From a virus, in IMG/VR virus record IMGVR_UViG_3300043331_000267, positions 1-55,177 of that record: DNA of 55,177 nucleotides. One strand, 5' to 3'. Made by a program: the position numbers and the translations under genes. Positions 42,022-50,688 of this stretch are shown here, piece by piece. How positions within the stretch are numbered: position 1 is the first letter of the stretch; each line of letters begins with the position of its first letter. Under the pieces are notes generated by a model. That model saw only the letters and a program-made list of their open reading frames with translations, was not told where the DNA came from and ran no database searches.

Positions 42022-42774
42022 ATGAACGCAGTTGTTGAATCGACGGCAATCGAACCCGCCCAGACGCGGGCCGTAGCAACGCAACCCATGAATCCGATGC
42101 AAATGCTGGCGCATGCGGTCCAGCAGGGGGTACCGGTCGAGACTCTGCGCGAGCTTCGGCAACTGCAGAAGGAATGGGAAGCCGACGAGGCGCGTCGCCA
42201 ATTCAACGAGGCGTTCGCCGCCTTCAAAGCAGAGGCCATCGTTATCGTAAAGAACACCACGATCAAGGAAGGTCCGCTGAAAGGGAAGAAGCACGCGAAC
42301 CTGTTCGACGTGGTGGACGCAGTCACCCCCAAGTTGTCCGCCCATGGCCTGACCATCGCTTGGAAGCTTACCAAGGACGAGAAGGACTGGCTGGAAGTGA
42401 CATGCACGCTTCGTCATTCGGCGGGCCACTTCGAAACAGTGTCCATGGGTTCGGGGCCAGACAGCGGCCCAGGCCGCAACGCCATTCAGGCGCGCTGCAG
42501 TGCTAAGACGTATCTGGAACGATACACAGCCACTGCCATCCTCGGGCTCGCGGCCCAAGATGCCGACGATGACGGCAATAAAGCCGGCGGCGGTGGCCCT
42601 GAACTTATCACAGATAAGCAGGCCGCAGACCTCAACGCCAAGATCAGCGAGGTGGGCGCCAACAAGGCGCAGTTCCTCAAGTTCCTCAAGGTCGAGAAGC
42701 TGTCCGACCTTGAAGCAAAGCGCTACACGGCTGCGCTCCAGGCTCTCGAAGATAAAGCGCGGGGGAATCGCTAA
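42022..42774 (+). CDS. erf: ERF-family single-strand annealing protein
   Basis: 250 aa. KHANLFDVVDAVTPKLSAHGL and SAKTYLERYTATAILGLAAQDADDDG parallel P22 Erf motifs. Confidence 0.75.
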   Translation: MNAVVESTAIEPAQTRAVATQPMNPMQMLAHAVQQGVPVETLRELRQLQKEWEADEARRQFNEAFAAFKAEAIVIVKNTTIKEGPLKGKKHANLFDVVDAVTPKLSAHGLTIAWKLTKDEKDWLEVTCTLRHSAGHFETVSMGSGPDSGPGRNAIQARCSAKTYLERYTATAILGLAAQDADDDGNKAGGGGPELITDKQAADLNAKISEVGANKAQFLKFLKVEKLSDLEAKRYTAALQALEDKARGNR

Positions 42775-43394
42775 TGGAACTCAAGGTATTCAACTGCGAG
42801 CAGGGAACACCGGAGTGGTATCAAGCCCGCGCCGGCATCCCGACCGCGTCCGAGTTTGACACCGTCATGGCCAAAGGTCGCGGCGGTGCCGAGTCGAAGA
42901 CGCGCAGGACGTACATGCTCAAGCTGATCGGTGAACGGCTCACCAAAGAGCCCATGTGGAGCTACGGCAACGAGCACATGGTCCGCGGCAAAGAGATGGA
43001 AGCCGAAGCCCGCGATTTGTACCAGATGATCGCCGAGGTTGAGTGTCAGCAAGTGGGCTTCCTTCGCCGGGGCGACGCCGGTTGCAGCCCCGATAGTTTG
43101 ATCGGTGACGATGGGATGCTCGAGATCAAAACGAAGCTCCCGCATCTGCAGCTTGACTGCATTCTCTACGACGAACTGCCGGCCGAGCACCGCGCTCAAT
43201 GCCAGGGGCAGTTGTGGATCGCCGAACGCGAGTGGGTCGACTTCGTTTCCTATTGGCCCGGATTGCCACTTTTTGCAAAGCGTGTTTTCCGCGACGAAGC
43301 CTACATCGCGCGGCTCGCTGAGGCAGTCCGGGCCTTCAATGCCGAGATGGAAGAGACGATCGCAAAGGTTCAGCAGTATCGGAGAGCGGCATGA
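42774..43394 (+). CDS. YqaJ-type (lambda-Exo-like) recombination exonuclease
   Basis: 206 aa. [19 protein letters not shown]...[18 protein letters not shown] gives the PD-(D/E)xK pattern. Confidence 0.75.
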   Translation: MELKVFNCEQGTPEWYQARAGIPTASEFDTVMAKGRGGAESKTRRTYMLKLIGERLTKEPMWSYGNEHMVRGKEMEAEARDLYQMIAEVECQQVGFLRRGDAGCSPDSLIGDDGMLEIKTKLPHLQLDCILYDELPAEHRAQCQGQLWIAEREWVDFVSYWPGLPLFAKRVFRDEAYIARLAEAVRAFNAEMEETIAKVQQYRRAA

Positions 43395-43813
43395 GCGGAT
43401 TGAACAAGGTTCAGATCATCGGGCACTTGGGCGCTGATCCCGATCAGCGCTACATGCCGAATGGCAAGGCCGTCACCAACATCCGTATCGCCACGTCGGA
43501 GACCTGGAAGGACAAGCAGACCGGCGATCGAAAGGAAAAAACCGAGTGGCACTCTGTCGTGGCCTTCGAAAAGCTGGCCGAGATCATGGGCGAGTACCTT
43601 CGGAAAGGCTCTAAGGTCTACGTCGAAGGCAAGCTGCAGACCCGCAAGTGGCAGGACAAGGAAGGCAAGGACCGATACACCACCGAGATCATTGCTGGTC
43701 AGATGCTGATGTTGGATGGCAAGCCTCAGGGGGAACGGCCAGCGAAGCAGCAGGAACGATCGGCACAACCGCCGGCCGATGACGGCGGTTTCGACGATGA
43801 CATCCCCTTCTGA
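43391..43813 (+). CDS. ssb: Single-stranded DNA-binding protein
   Basis: 140 aa. The opening [26 protein letters not shown] is OB-fold-like. Acidic tail DDDIPF. Confidence 0.9.
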   Translation: MSGLNKVQIIGHLGADPDQRYMPNGKAVTNIRIATSETWKDKQTGDRKEKTEWHSVVAFEKLAEIMGEYLRKGSKVYVEGKLQTRKWQDKEGKDRYTTEIIAGQMLMLDGKPQGERPAKQQERSAQPPADDGGFDDDIPF

Positions 43814-43814
43814 T

Positions 43815-44231
43815 ATGGACATCTTCCTCACACGAACGCTCGCTGGCCTTGTCCCCGCTGATGAAGCGGCCAAACAAGCCGTGCGGCGCTGGAAGATGGG
43901 CGAGAGACTTAAGTGCTCGGTCAGAAAGCCGCGTGACTATAGGAACCACAAACGGTACTTCGCTTTGCTGAATCTCACCTTCGAGAATCAGGAGCGCTAC
44001 ACCAGTTTCGAGCACTTCCGGAAGGCGGTGCAGATCGCGGCCGGACACGTCGACGAGCTGATCACGTTGGATGGTGAAGTAACGCTCATCCCGAAGTCGA
44101 TCGCCTACGACGCCCTTGACGAGATGGAGTTCTCAAAGGTGTTCGGCGAGACGATGACGGTGTGCGCCAAGATCCTCGGCGATTTGGATCTGGACGACTT
44201 GCGAGTAGAGGTCGAACGATATGCCGCGTGA
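43815..44231 (+). CDS. DUF1367 family protein
   Basis: ATG 43815. Contains LVPADEAAKQAVRRWKMGE...RKPRDYRNHKRYFALLNLTF...DEMEFSKVF. Confidence 0.65.
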   Translation: MDIFLTRTLAGLVPADEAAKQAVRRWKMGERLKCSVRKPRDYRNHKRYFALLNLTFENQERYTSFEHFRKAVQIAAGHVDELITLDGEVTLIPKSIAYDALDEMEFSKVFGETMTVCAKILGDLDLDDLRVEVERYAA

Positions 44232-44526
44232 TCTTCGAAATCTTGCTAGGGGACAGCCTTGCTACCTACGTCTTGAGGGGTGCTCACATGATCGCGAACA
44301 GACGGTGCTTGCGCACATCCGCCGAGGGAATGTTGCTGGCATCGGCCAGAAGCCGGTCGATGTTTTCGCGATCCCCTGTTGCGACAGCTGTCATGGGAAG
44401 TTGGACGGTCGATACGGCGCTCACGGCTACTCACGCGCTGAGATGGATGCCGAAGTACTCAGAGCGCTGGGGCAATGGCTCGATTATTTGTGGAAGCGTG
44501 AATATCTGATTCTGGTGGCCGCCTGA
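44221..44526 (+). CDS. DUF1364 family Cys/His-rich protein
   Basis: Contains RNLARGQPCYLRLEGCSHDREQTVLAHIR...CCDSCHGKLDGR. Confidence 0.65.
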   Translation: MPRDLRNLARGQPCYLRLEGCSHDREQTVLAHIRRGNVAGIGQKPVDVFAIPCCDSCHGKLDGRYGAHGYSRAEMDAEVLRALGQWLDYLWKREYLILVAA

Positions 44527-44613
44527 CGATATCCGTTTTTTCTACCAAGCACACAAAAATGCCAATAGCAACAAATAATATGTGGTGTTTTAGCCCCCTA
44601 ATTCGTGCTGGTG

Positions 44614-45468
44614 ATGTTTCATGCTCAGCGCAAAACTGCGCGCATGGACACACCAACGGCCGTCACCGTCAACGACATCTTGGACCGCTTCGAAGCGGAT
44701 TACATACCGAACGAACTCAGCGAGCGCACACAGCGGGATTACAAGCGGCACGTTCGCGATCTACGGCGCTGGTTTGGGCAGCGCGTAGCCGACGAGATGA
44801 AGCCTCGGGACTTTGCGGAGTTCATGAACGTTCGCAAGGGTCGGATTCAGCGAAACAAGCAACTTGCGGTTCTCTCGTGCGCGTTCACTCAAGCGGTCGG
44901 CGTCTGGTACATGATCGATCGGAACGTCTGCCGGGATGTGAAGCGGCATCGCTCACGCCCCCGCGATCGCGAAGTGACCGACGAAGAGTTTGCCGGCTTC
45001 ATGGCGACGGTCCCGCCGCGAATGAAGCTTGCCATGCAACTGTCCGTGATCACCGGCCAACGACAAGGCGACATTCTCTCTTTGCTGTGGTCGCAGGTCG
45101 ACCGCGAACAGGGAAAGATTCGATTCAAGCAGGCCAAGACCGGCAAGCGCCTGGCTGTGCGAATCACACCGATGCTGGACGCCTTGCTCGCGCAGTGCGT
45201 GGATATGGCACCTCCGGGCGAGCATGTGATTCGTCGCCGCGACGGGCAGCGCTACACGTCCGATGGGTTCCGAGCTATCTGGCAGCGCTATCAGCGACGG
45301 TGGGCCAAAGCCGGTCACGAGCGTTTCACCTATCACGATCTTCGTGCCCGAGCAGCTGCGAAGTGCAAATCGGTCGAGGAAGCGATGCTGCTGCTCGGCC
45401 ATCAAAACATATCAATGACAAGGCGGGTCTATGATAGGTCCGAACGAATCGTCGAGCCGCCCGGCTAG
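44614..45468 (+). CDS. Tyrosine recombinase 1 (orphan; no arm-binding N-domain seen)
   Basis: R in ITGQRQGD, HDLRARA, LLGHQN, RRVY. Start candidates are 44605, 44614 and 44644. Preceded by an AT-rich gap. Confidence 0.75.
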   Translation: MFHAQRKTARMDTPTAVTVNDILDRFEADYIPNELSERTQRDYKRHVRDLRRWFGQRVADEMKPRDFAEFMNVRKGRIQRNKQLAVLSCAFTQAVGVWYMIDRNVCRDVKRHRSRPRDREVTDEEFAGFMATVPPRMKLAMQLSVITGQRQGDILSLLWSQVDREQGKIRFKQAKTGKRLAVRITPMLDALLAQCVDMAPPGEHVIRRRDGQRYTSDGFRAIWQRYQRRWAKAGHERFTYHDLRARAAAKCKSVEEAMLLLGHQNISMTRRVYDRSERIVEPPG

Positions 45469-45715
45469 CCAGGGCACACCCGATCATGTGGTCGATTCGG
45501 TCGCATACGACACGAGCAGCACGCCGTATCGCGGCTACAGCGTTCGTGCGTCATACCTGAAGGCGCCCAACGAGCAGGATGCGTGGATCGAGGTTTCCAA
45601 GGACGGTGCTGTGGTGAGGTCGTTCTACTACCCGGCGTACCGCATCTACAACATCACCGCTCACTTCTCGGAGATAGTGGACAACGAGATAGAAGAATCC
45701 GGGGTGCAATCATGA
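45431..45715 (+). CDS. Hypothetical protein (94 aa)
   Basis: ATG 45431 overlaps the recombinase end by 38 nt. GTG 45488 is an alternative start. Confidence 0.5.
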   Translation: MIGPNESSSRPASQGTPDHVVDSVAYDTSSTPYRGYSVRASYLKAPNEQDAWIEVSKDGAVVRSFYYPAYRIYNITAHFSEIVDNEIEESGVQS

Positions 45716-46005
45716 CCGACGCTCAAGTCCCTTCTGACGAGCTGTTTACAAACCCGGTAGCCCCGTGCTGCCTCGGTAACGGCTCAGATGAGTGTCAATA
45801 CTGCCCGAAGGAAGAGCGTGCGCTGAGATCAATCAGCGCCGGCCAGTATCGCCCGATGACGCCCGCCGAGCGGGATTGGTGTAAGCGTGAGATTGCACGC
45901 GTCGAAGGCTACAGCGAAGCCGACGCCGAAGGCACTGACTCGAACGTCGCAAGCACTGTGCTGCGCGCCTGGCAAGACTATTGCCGCGACAAGGGGCTGT
46001 TATGA
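45712..46005 (+). CDS. Hypothetical Cys-containing protein (97 aa)
   Basis: ATGA-coupled start at 45712. Confidence 0.55.
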   Translation: MTDAQVPSDELFTNPVAPCCLGNGSDECQYCPKEERALRSISAGQYRPMTPAERDWCKREIARVEGYSEADAEGTDSNVASTVLRAWQDYCRDKGLL

Positions 46006-46265
46006 GCGACTCACTTCCCTCGGAGAAGAGAGTCCCGAAGTGGCCAGCGCCGCCGCTAATTGAAACTCGGGAAGAGAAATGTCCAGAGTGCTTTCAGGAG
46101 TGTGGCTGGTGTTCAGCGAACCGGCTTATGTGCCGATCGGTTGGATGCGCGACGATCTTCCCCAAACGCGGGAAATGCGAGAAGGGCGAACAGGAGAAGG
46201 GGAAACAGTGCGGTACGTGTGATGGCTCCGGCAAGGTGACGGTCAGACGCGAGATCATCAAATGA
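46002..46265 (+). CDS. Cys-rich protein with DnaJ-type CxxCxGxG finger (87 aa)
   Basis: CPEC...CGWC...CGTCDGSGKV. ATGA-coupled. Confidence 0.55.
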   Translation: MSDSLPSEKRVPKWPAPPLIETREEKCPECFQECGWCSANRLMCRSVGCATIFPKRGKCEKGEQEKGKQCGTCDGSGKVTVRREIIK

Positions 46266-46438
46266 ACGAGCAACTACCCAAAGATACGAAGCTCGCGCCT
46301 CTGGCGTTCGAAACGATTAGAGCGTGCATTCAGCCGGAATACCGCTGCATCGAAATCAACGAAGGCCGCGAGATTGTGGTGCTTACATATGCAGAGGCTG
46401 GCGCACTGCGCGACTGGCTGACGAGGGTTCTCGCATGA
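46262..46438 (+). CDS. Hypothetical 58-aa protein (below the track cutoff)
   Basis: ATGA overlaps at both ends. Translates to MNEQLPKDTKLAPLAFE... Confidence 0.45.
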   Translation: MNEQLPKDTKLAPLAFETIRACIQPEYRCIEINEGREIVVLTYAEAGALRDWLTRVLA

Positions 46439-46602
46439 CAAAGAAGAAGCTCGCGATAGTTCGAACCGTGTCCGTATGGGCGTCCTACGATCCGGCCACT
46501 CGCGAGATCGACTGGCTCAGCAAGTACAAATATAACGTACCGGTGATCCGTGGCCGGCACGTCATTCAATTGAAGGGCTACTACGTCCCGGAGCGAAAAT
46601 GA
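46435..46602 (+). CDS. Hypothetical 55-aa protein
   Basis: ATG 46435 (MTKKKLAIVRT) inside track ORF 46324..46602. Confidence 0.45.
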   Translation: MTKKKLAIVRTVSVWASYDPATREIDWLSKYKYNVPVIRGRHVIQLKGYYVPERK

Positions 46603-47285
46603 GCGGCATCTGTAGCGCACACCAACACCACGAGATCGGCTGTCGCCAATGCGAAGCTCTGCCATCGAAAGAGTTGGACGTGTTGATTAGGCGCGTGAAC
46701 GCTCTGATCCCGTCAAGTGTCACGCCGGCCACTCGCATCGAAATTCATCCGTGCGACTGGCTGATGCTGGTAGATGCCCTGCAGTCCACTCCCGAACCGC
46801 CGGCTGAGTGCGACGGCTGCGAGCAGTACGCAGTGATGCACGCTGAGATCGCACTGGCACTCGACATCCACGACGAGACGGACGCGCATGGCCTTCAGGA
46901 ACTCATCCTGAAGAAGCTGAGAGCCATGGCTGAGCCCACATGGCCGCATCCGTATGGCTATATCCGCAGTCTGATTTCGGAAGCCGTAGAGCGTGCCGAA
47001 ATCGACCTAATGGCCATAGGCCACGGCCCAGATGGACAGGATCGCACGGCCGCCATGAAGGATCTGGAGAACTGGAAGGCGAAGTTACAAGACGCATGGA
47101 TACATGGTGATCTGGAGGTCCGCAGAGCTACGCAACCGCCGGCACTTGACCTCCGTACGTTGCTGGATCTGGCGCTCGGCCACATCGACATGCCGGCGCT
47201 GAAAATCTCACACCCGAAGGACCACGCACGACTCGCGTCGTTCGTGCCGGGACTCGGCATAACGAAGTGCGAGGGCCAATCATGA
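46599..47285 (+). CDS. Hypothetical protein (228 aa)
   Basis: ATGA-coupled. N-terminal CxxH...CxxC. Confidence 0.6.
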   Translation: MSGICSAHQHHEIGCRQCEALPSKELDVLIRRVNALIPSSVTPATRIEIHPCDWLMLVDALQSTPEPPAECDGCEQYAVMHAEIALALDIHDETDAHGLQELILKKLRAMAEPTWPHPYGYIRSLISEAVERAEIDLMAIGHGPDGQDRTAAMKDLENWKAKLQDAWIHGDLEVRRATQPPALDLRTLLDLALGHIDMPALKISHPKDHARLASFVPGLGITKCEGQS

Positions 47286-47860
47286 ACGTCGAAGCCACAC
47301 GCGAAGACATTCTCACAAGGTCCGGCCAGTACTTCGACTTCCTTCATCCCGAGCGGTATCGCATCGAGATCACGGACATCGCTCACGCGCTCGCGAATAC
47401 GTGCCGCTTCGCCGGTCAATGCAGTCAGTTCTATTCGGTCGCGCAACACAGCGTGTACGTGAGCCGCATTGTCCCGCCAGAGGACGCGTTCGCCGGCCTA
47501 ATGCACGACTGCGCCGAGGCGTTCATCGGCGACGTGTCACGTCCACTCAAGCGCATGCTGGCCGACTATCGAGCGATCGAGAAGCGCATCGAAGCCGCAC
47601 TGTTTGCGGGTCTCGGATTACCGGCCAAGCTGCCGGACTCTGTGAAGCTCGCCGATCGACAGATGCTATTCAGTGAGCAGGCCAAGCTTCTGCCGCCGCA
47701 TGACGATGAGTGGGCCGTGCTCGAAGGCATCGGCCCGGCACCCGGAATCATCGTCACGCCGCTGTGGCCGGACGAAGCGTACGCGGCATTCATGGAGCGT
47801 TACTACGAGCTTCGACCGCCGTTCGCCGGACTCGCTCTGGGAGAGGAATCAGCTCCATGA
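47282..47860 (+). CDS. HD-domain phosphohydrolase (YfbR-like)
   Basis: 192 aa. Contains IAHALANTCRFAG...YSVAQHSV...LMHDCAEAFIGD. Confidence 0.7.
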   Translation: MNVEATREDILTRSGQYFDFLHPERYRIEITDIAHALANTCRFAGQCSQFYSVAQHSVYVSRIVPPEDAFAGLMHDCAEAFIGDVSRPLKRMLADYRAIEKRIEAALFAGLGLPAKLPDSVKLADRQMLFSEQAKLLPPHDDEWAVLEGIGPAPGIIVTPLWPDEAYAAFMERYYELRPPFAGLALGEESAP

Positions 47861-48369
47861 AACCTCACGAGCAGATGCCGGATCGATGTCGCGAGTTCGT
47901 TTCCTGGCTCCACCGTAGCCGTGCCGAGCTTGGCTCCGAGCCCGTCACTGACGATGTCGCGGTAGAGGCGTTCGATATGATTTGGGAGTTCGCTGAAAAG
48001 TGGCGTGCCGGCCCTCTCCTGCAGATACCTGCGTTCCTTCGAAATCAGGACAATCTGTGCGCCGAGCAAGCAACTCCGGAAACGGGACGTGACGAGCGTT
48101 GCCCTCACGGCTACGTCATCAGTGACACAACGCACCAGTGCAAGAAGTGTGGGCCACTGGAAACGCCGGTGACTCTCTCGCTGAGCGAGGAACGGTCTTT
48201 CGCGAAAGTGTTCGAGCAGTCGCCCCGGCGTGTGCAGGAAACGCCGGATGGCCTGCTGCACGACAAGTGCCACGTCGACCTGCCTGGTGCGCGCGCCGGC
48301 CGAAGCGTGAAGGAAACGAGATCGGAATGCCCCGCCGACTGTGACTGTCACAAATGCACGTTTCCTTAA
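47857..48369 (+). CDS. Hypothetical Cys-rich protein (170 aa)
   Basis: ATGA-coupled start at 47857. Confidence 0.55.
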   Translation: MKPHEQMPDRCREFVSWLHRSRAELGSEPVTDDVAVEAFDMIWEFAEKWRAGPLLQIPAFLRNQDNLCAEQATPETGRDERCPHGYVISDTTHQCKKCGPLETPVTLSLSEERSFAKVFEQSPRRVQETPDGLLHDKCHVDLPGARAGRSVKETRSECPADCDCHKCTFP

Positions 48370-48395
48370 TCAACAGCGAACCGGGGAGGAAGTCT

Positions 48396-48578
48396 GTGAA
48401 GTGGCCGCGTGGCAGATACAACGGAAGGCGCATCGAAGGATTCCGAGTGCTGTTCAAGCTGCATCTTCTGTACTGGCAGTTCAGGCCGCTGCTGCACTGG
48501 AACCATGGCGAGCCGCGCGTGACATGGCTGTGCTTCACCTGGATGGCCGCAGCTGAATATTGCTATTGGGACATCTAA
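48396..48578 (+). CDS. Trp-rich hypothetical protein (60 aa)
   Basis: GGAGGA followed by GTG 48396, within track ORF 48354..48578. Confidence 0.4.
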   Translation: MKWPRGRYNGRRIEGFRVLFKLHLLYWQFRPLLHWNHGEPRVTWLCFTWMAAAEYCYWDI

Positions 48579-48593
48579 GAGAACCGGAGCTGA

Positions 48594-48767
48594 ATGATGG
48601 GCAACACCTGGGTCGTTGAACTGTGGGGATGCTGGGAGCCTGGCGAGAGTTATCGCTGGCGCGAGGAATATCGCGGCGAATCGCTGTGGCAGGCATTGCT
48701 CACGATGTGGCGCTTCCGCGGGTGGCCGTGTTCACGCATTTTTCACAGACCCGCGCAGCGTCGATGA
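48594..48767 (+). CDS. Trp-rich 57-aa protein (below the track cutoff)
   Basis: GGAG followed by ATG 48594. ATGA overlap with the methylase start. Confidence 0.4.
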   Translation: MMGNTWVVELWGCWEPGESYRWREEYRGESLWQALLTMWRFRGWPCSRIFHRPAQRR

Positions 48768-49615
48768 GAGTGTTGGATTTATTTAGTGGTATCGGAGGAT
48801 TCAGCCTTGGCCTCGAGCGAGCTGGAATGCAAACAATCGCTTTCTGCGAGCGTGATGAATACTGCCGAGCCGTCCTCCGAAAGCACTGGCCAGGCGTCCC
48901 CTGCTTCGACGACATTCACACCCTTGACGCAGACCGACTGGGTGGGCTTGGACGAATCGATCTCGTCTGCGGTGGCTTCCCCTGCCAACCCTTCTCTGTC
49001 GCCGGAAAGCAAAGAGCGCAGGAAGACGACCGCCACCTCTGGCCGGAAATGCGCCGTGTTATTGCACTCGCGCGACCCGCTTGGGTCGTTGGTGAAAACG
49101 TTGCTGGCCTCATCCCGCTGGCACTCGACGATGTGCTTGCTGACCTGGAAGCCGACGGCTACACCTCGCGGGCGCTTGTTATTCCGGCTTGTGCCGTCGA
49201 TGCGAAACACAGACGGGATCGAGTCTGGATCATTGCTCGCGACTCCGACATCAACCGCAAATCAGCTCGCGCCATCGATGGTGAAGAAGTGGCCCAGCTG
49301 CTCGGTACTACTGCCGACGCCTCGTCCTTGCAGTGGCGATCGATCCAGCGGGATGAATCGGACGGAGCTCTACCGCGCGATGGAGATGTTGCCCACGCCA
49401 ACGGCACGCGATTGGCGCTCAGGCAAGGCGAGCGAAGCGACGATGGAGCGCAACGCGCGACCGCTCTCGGAGCATGTCGGTGGGAGCCTGAACCCGCAGT
49501 GGGTCGAGTGGCTAATGGGGTTCCCCGTCGGGTGGACCGCCTTAGATGCCTCGGAAATGCCGTCGTCCCGCAGGTCGTCGAAGAAATCGGCCGAGCGATC
49601 ATGCTCAGCGTCTAG
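48764..49615 (+). CDS. DNA cytosine-5 methyltransferase (ORF intact, but the target-recognition region appears to be encoded in the +1 frame)
   Basis: Motif I DLFSGIGGF, IV GGFPCQPFS, VI ENV, VIII HRRDRVWI and X GNAVVPQV all lie in this frame. LPTPTARDW and NPQWVEWLMGFPVGWT lie in overlapping frame 48786..49619. Confidence 0.7.
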   Translation: MRVLDLFSGIGGFSLGLERAGMQTIAFCERDEYCRAVLRKHWPGVPCFDDIHTLDADRLGGLGRIDLVCGGFPCQPFSVAGKQRAQEDDRHLWPEMRRVIALARPAWVVGENVAGLIPLALDDVLADLEADGYTSRALVIPACAVDAKHRRDRVWIIARDSDINRKSARAIDGEEVAQLLGTTADASSLQWRSIQRDESDGALPRDGDVAHANGTRLALRQGERSDDGAQRATALGACRWEPEPAVGRVANGVPRRVDRLRCLGNAVVPQVVEEIGRAIMLSV

Positions 49616-49629
49616 TTGAAGAGAGAACC

Positions 49630-49890
49630 ATGCAGAAATACAGCACACCAGCGATCGTTCCAGGCGGCGGGAAGGATGCGCTGGCAATTGAAACGCTGCC
49701 GGATGTGCAATTCGGAAGCGTGGATGTCTACCTCGCCTCTGAGGTCGAGGCCCACATCGCCGAGATTGAGCAGCAGCTTGCTGGCGCCAACGCCAGCATA
49801 GCCATGTTCATGGGTCCTGATGGCGAGCAGCACATCGAGCGATTCGCCGCGGCGATCAAGTCCCTAATGGGCACTTGCTCTCATGACTGA
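49630..49890 (+). CDS. Small acidic protein (86 aa)
   Basis: ATG 49630 (MQKYSTPAIV). Directly upstream of a small HTH gene. Confidence 0.55.
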   Translation: MQKYSTPAIVPGGGKDALAIETLPDVQFGSVDVYLASEVEAHIAEIEQQLAGANASIAMFMGPDGEQHIERFAAAIKSLMGTCSHD

Positions 49891-50128
49891 ACATACATCC
49901 GATCAGGTGCGCGACATGCTATGGGGCGTCATTAAGTCCCAGCCCGGCCGACCGCTCACGCAGAAAGCTTTGGCCGCCAAGATCGGCGTATCGCTGCCAT
50001 TCCTGAATGACATTCTGCGAGGCTTTCGTGAGCCGAGCGGAAAGGTATTGACTTTCCTCGGCCTGGAGAGAGTTGTGACTTATAGATATCTGAAGAAGCG
50101 ACCCGGGATGGGCAAGCGCGATGAGTAG
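49883..50128 (+). CDS. XRE-type HTH protein (81 aa)
   Basis: HTH LTQKALAAKIGVSLPFLNDILRG. Confidence 0.65.
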   Translation: MTEHTSDQVRDMLWGVIKSQPGRPLTQKALAAKIGVSLPFLNDILRGFREPSGKVLTFLGLERVVTYRYLKKRPGMGKRDE

Positions 50129-50300
50129 GACGACGAGACGCAAGCGCCCTCGGTTTTATGGCACGGCTAAGGGCACCGTGCCTGATGGCAGCCCACAGCA
50201 CGCGGCTACCTCTTGCGAGCATCACGGCAGTTGCCCTTGGTGCGAGAACGGGCGACAGCACAAGCACCAACGGCGTGCGCCGATTCAGGAGAAGCCATGA
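50121..50300 (+). CDS. Basic Cys/His 59-aa protein (below the track cutoff)
   Basis: ATG 50121. Contains CEHHGSCPWC. ATGA overlap with the next start. Confidence 0.4.
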   Translation: MSRTTRRKRPRFYGTAKGTVPDGSPQHAATSCEHHGSCPWCENGRQHKHQRRAPIQEKP

Positions 50301-50515
50301 AGGTCAGTTGGATCAAGCCAACGTTGAGCGCTCGCGGAAGGGTCGTGTATCCGGCTGTGCAATGCCAGGATGATCGCGAGATCAGGTACATGAACGACAC
50401 GCCAGAGACATCGAAGCGATGTGCGCTGCCGGCGCGAGTGAACTACGGGAACAAAAAACTGTGTAAGCGACACGCTGCGCTTCGCGCGCTTGAAGACCTG
50501 ATCGGCTCTGAGTGA
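50297..50515 (+). CDS. Hypothetical protein (72 aa)
   Basis: ATG 50297 inside track ORF 50213..50515. Confidence 0.5.
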   Translation: MKVSWIKPTLSARGRVVYPAVQCQDDREIRYMNDTPETSKRCALPARVNYGNKKLCKRHAALRALEDLIGSE

Positions 50516-50526
50516 CGGAGTTGAGC

Positions 50527-50688
50527 ATGAACATTGACCTAAATGAAGTCCGGCGCGAGGCAACCGCTCAGCTCGCGAAGGAACGTTTCGATGAGTTAGT
50601 CGCCAAGGAGGTTACGCGCCTAAAGGCACACCGGCCTTGGTGGCGACGATTGTTTCCATGGGTTATCACAATCAGGAGAGTAAAATGA
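50527..50688 (+). CDS. Hypothetical 53-aa protein (below the track cutoff)
   Basis: ATG 50527. ATGA overlap with the next start. Confidence 0.4.
   Translation: MNIDLNEVRREATAQLAKERFDELVAKEVTRLKAHRPWWRRLFPWVITIRRVK

Noticed and set aside
44559-45434. 291-aa ORF overlapping recombinase 1 in another frame
   Set aside because: It is Arg/Ser/Ala-rich and low complexity. The recombinase catalytic motifs are in frame 44605/44614..45468.
48786-49619. 277-aa ORF as an independent gene
   Set aside because: Only its middle third looks coding, and that part matches C5-methylase TRD motifs. It is interpreted as the displaced frame of the methylase gene and reported as a finding, not as a separate gene.
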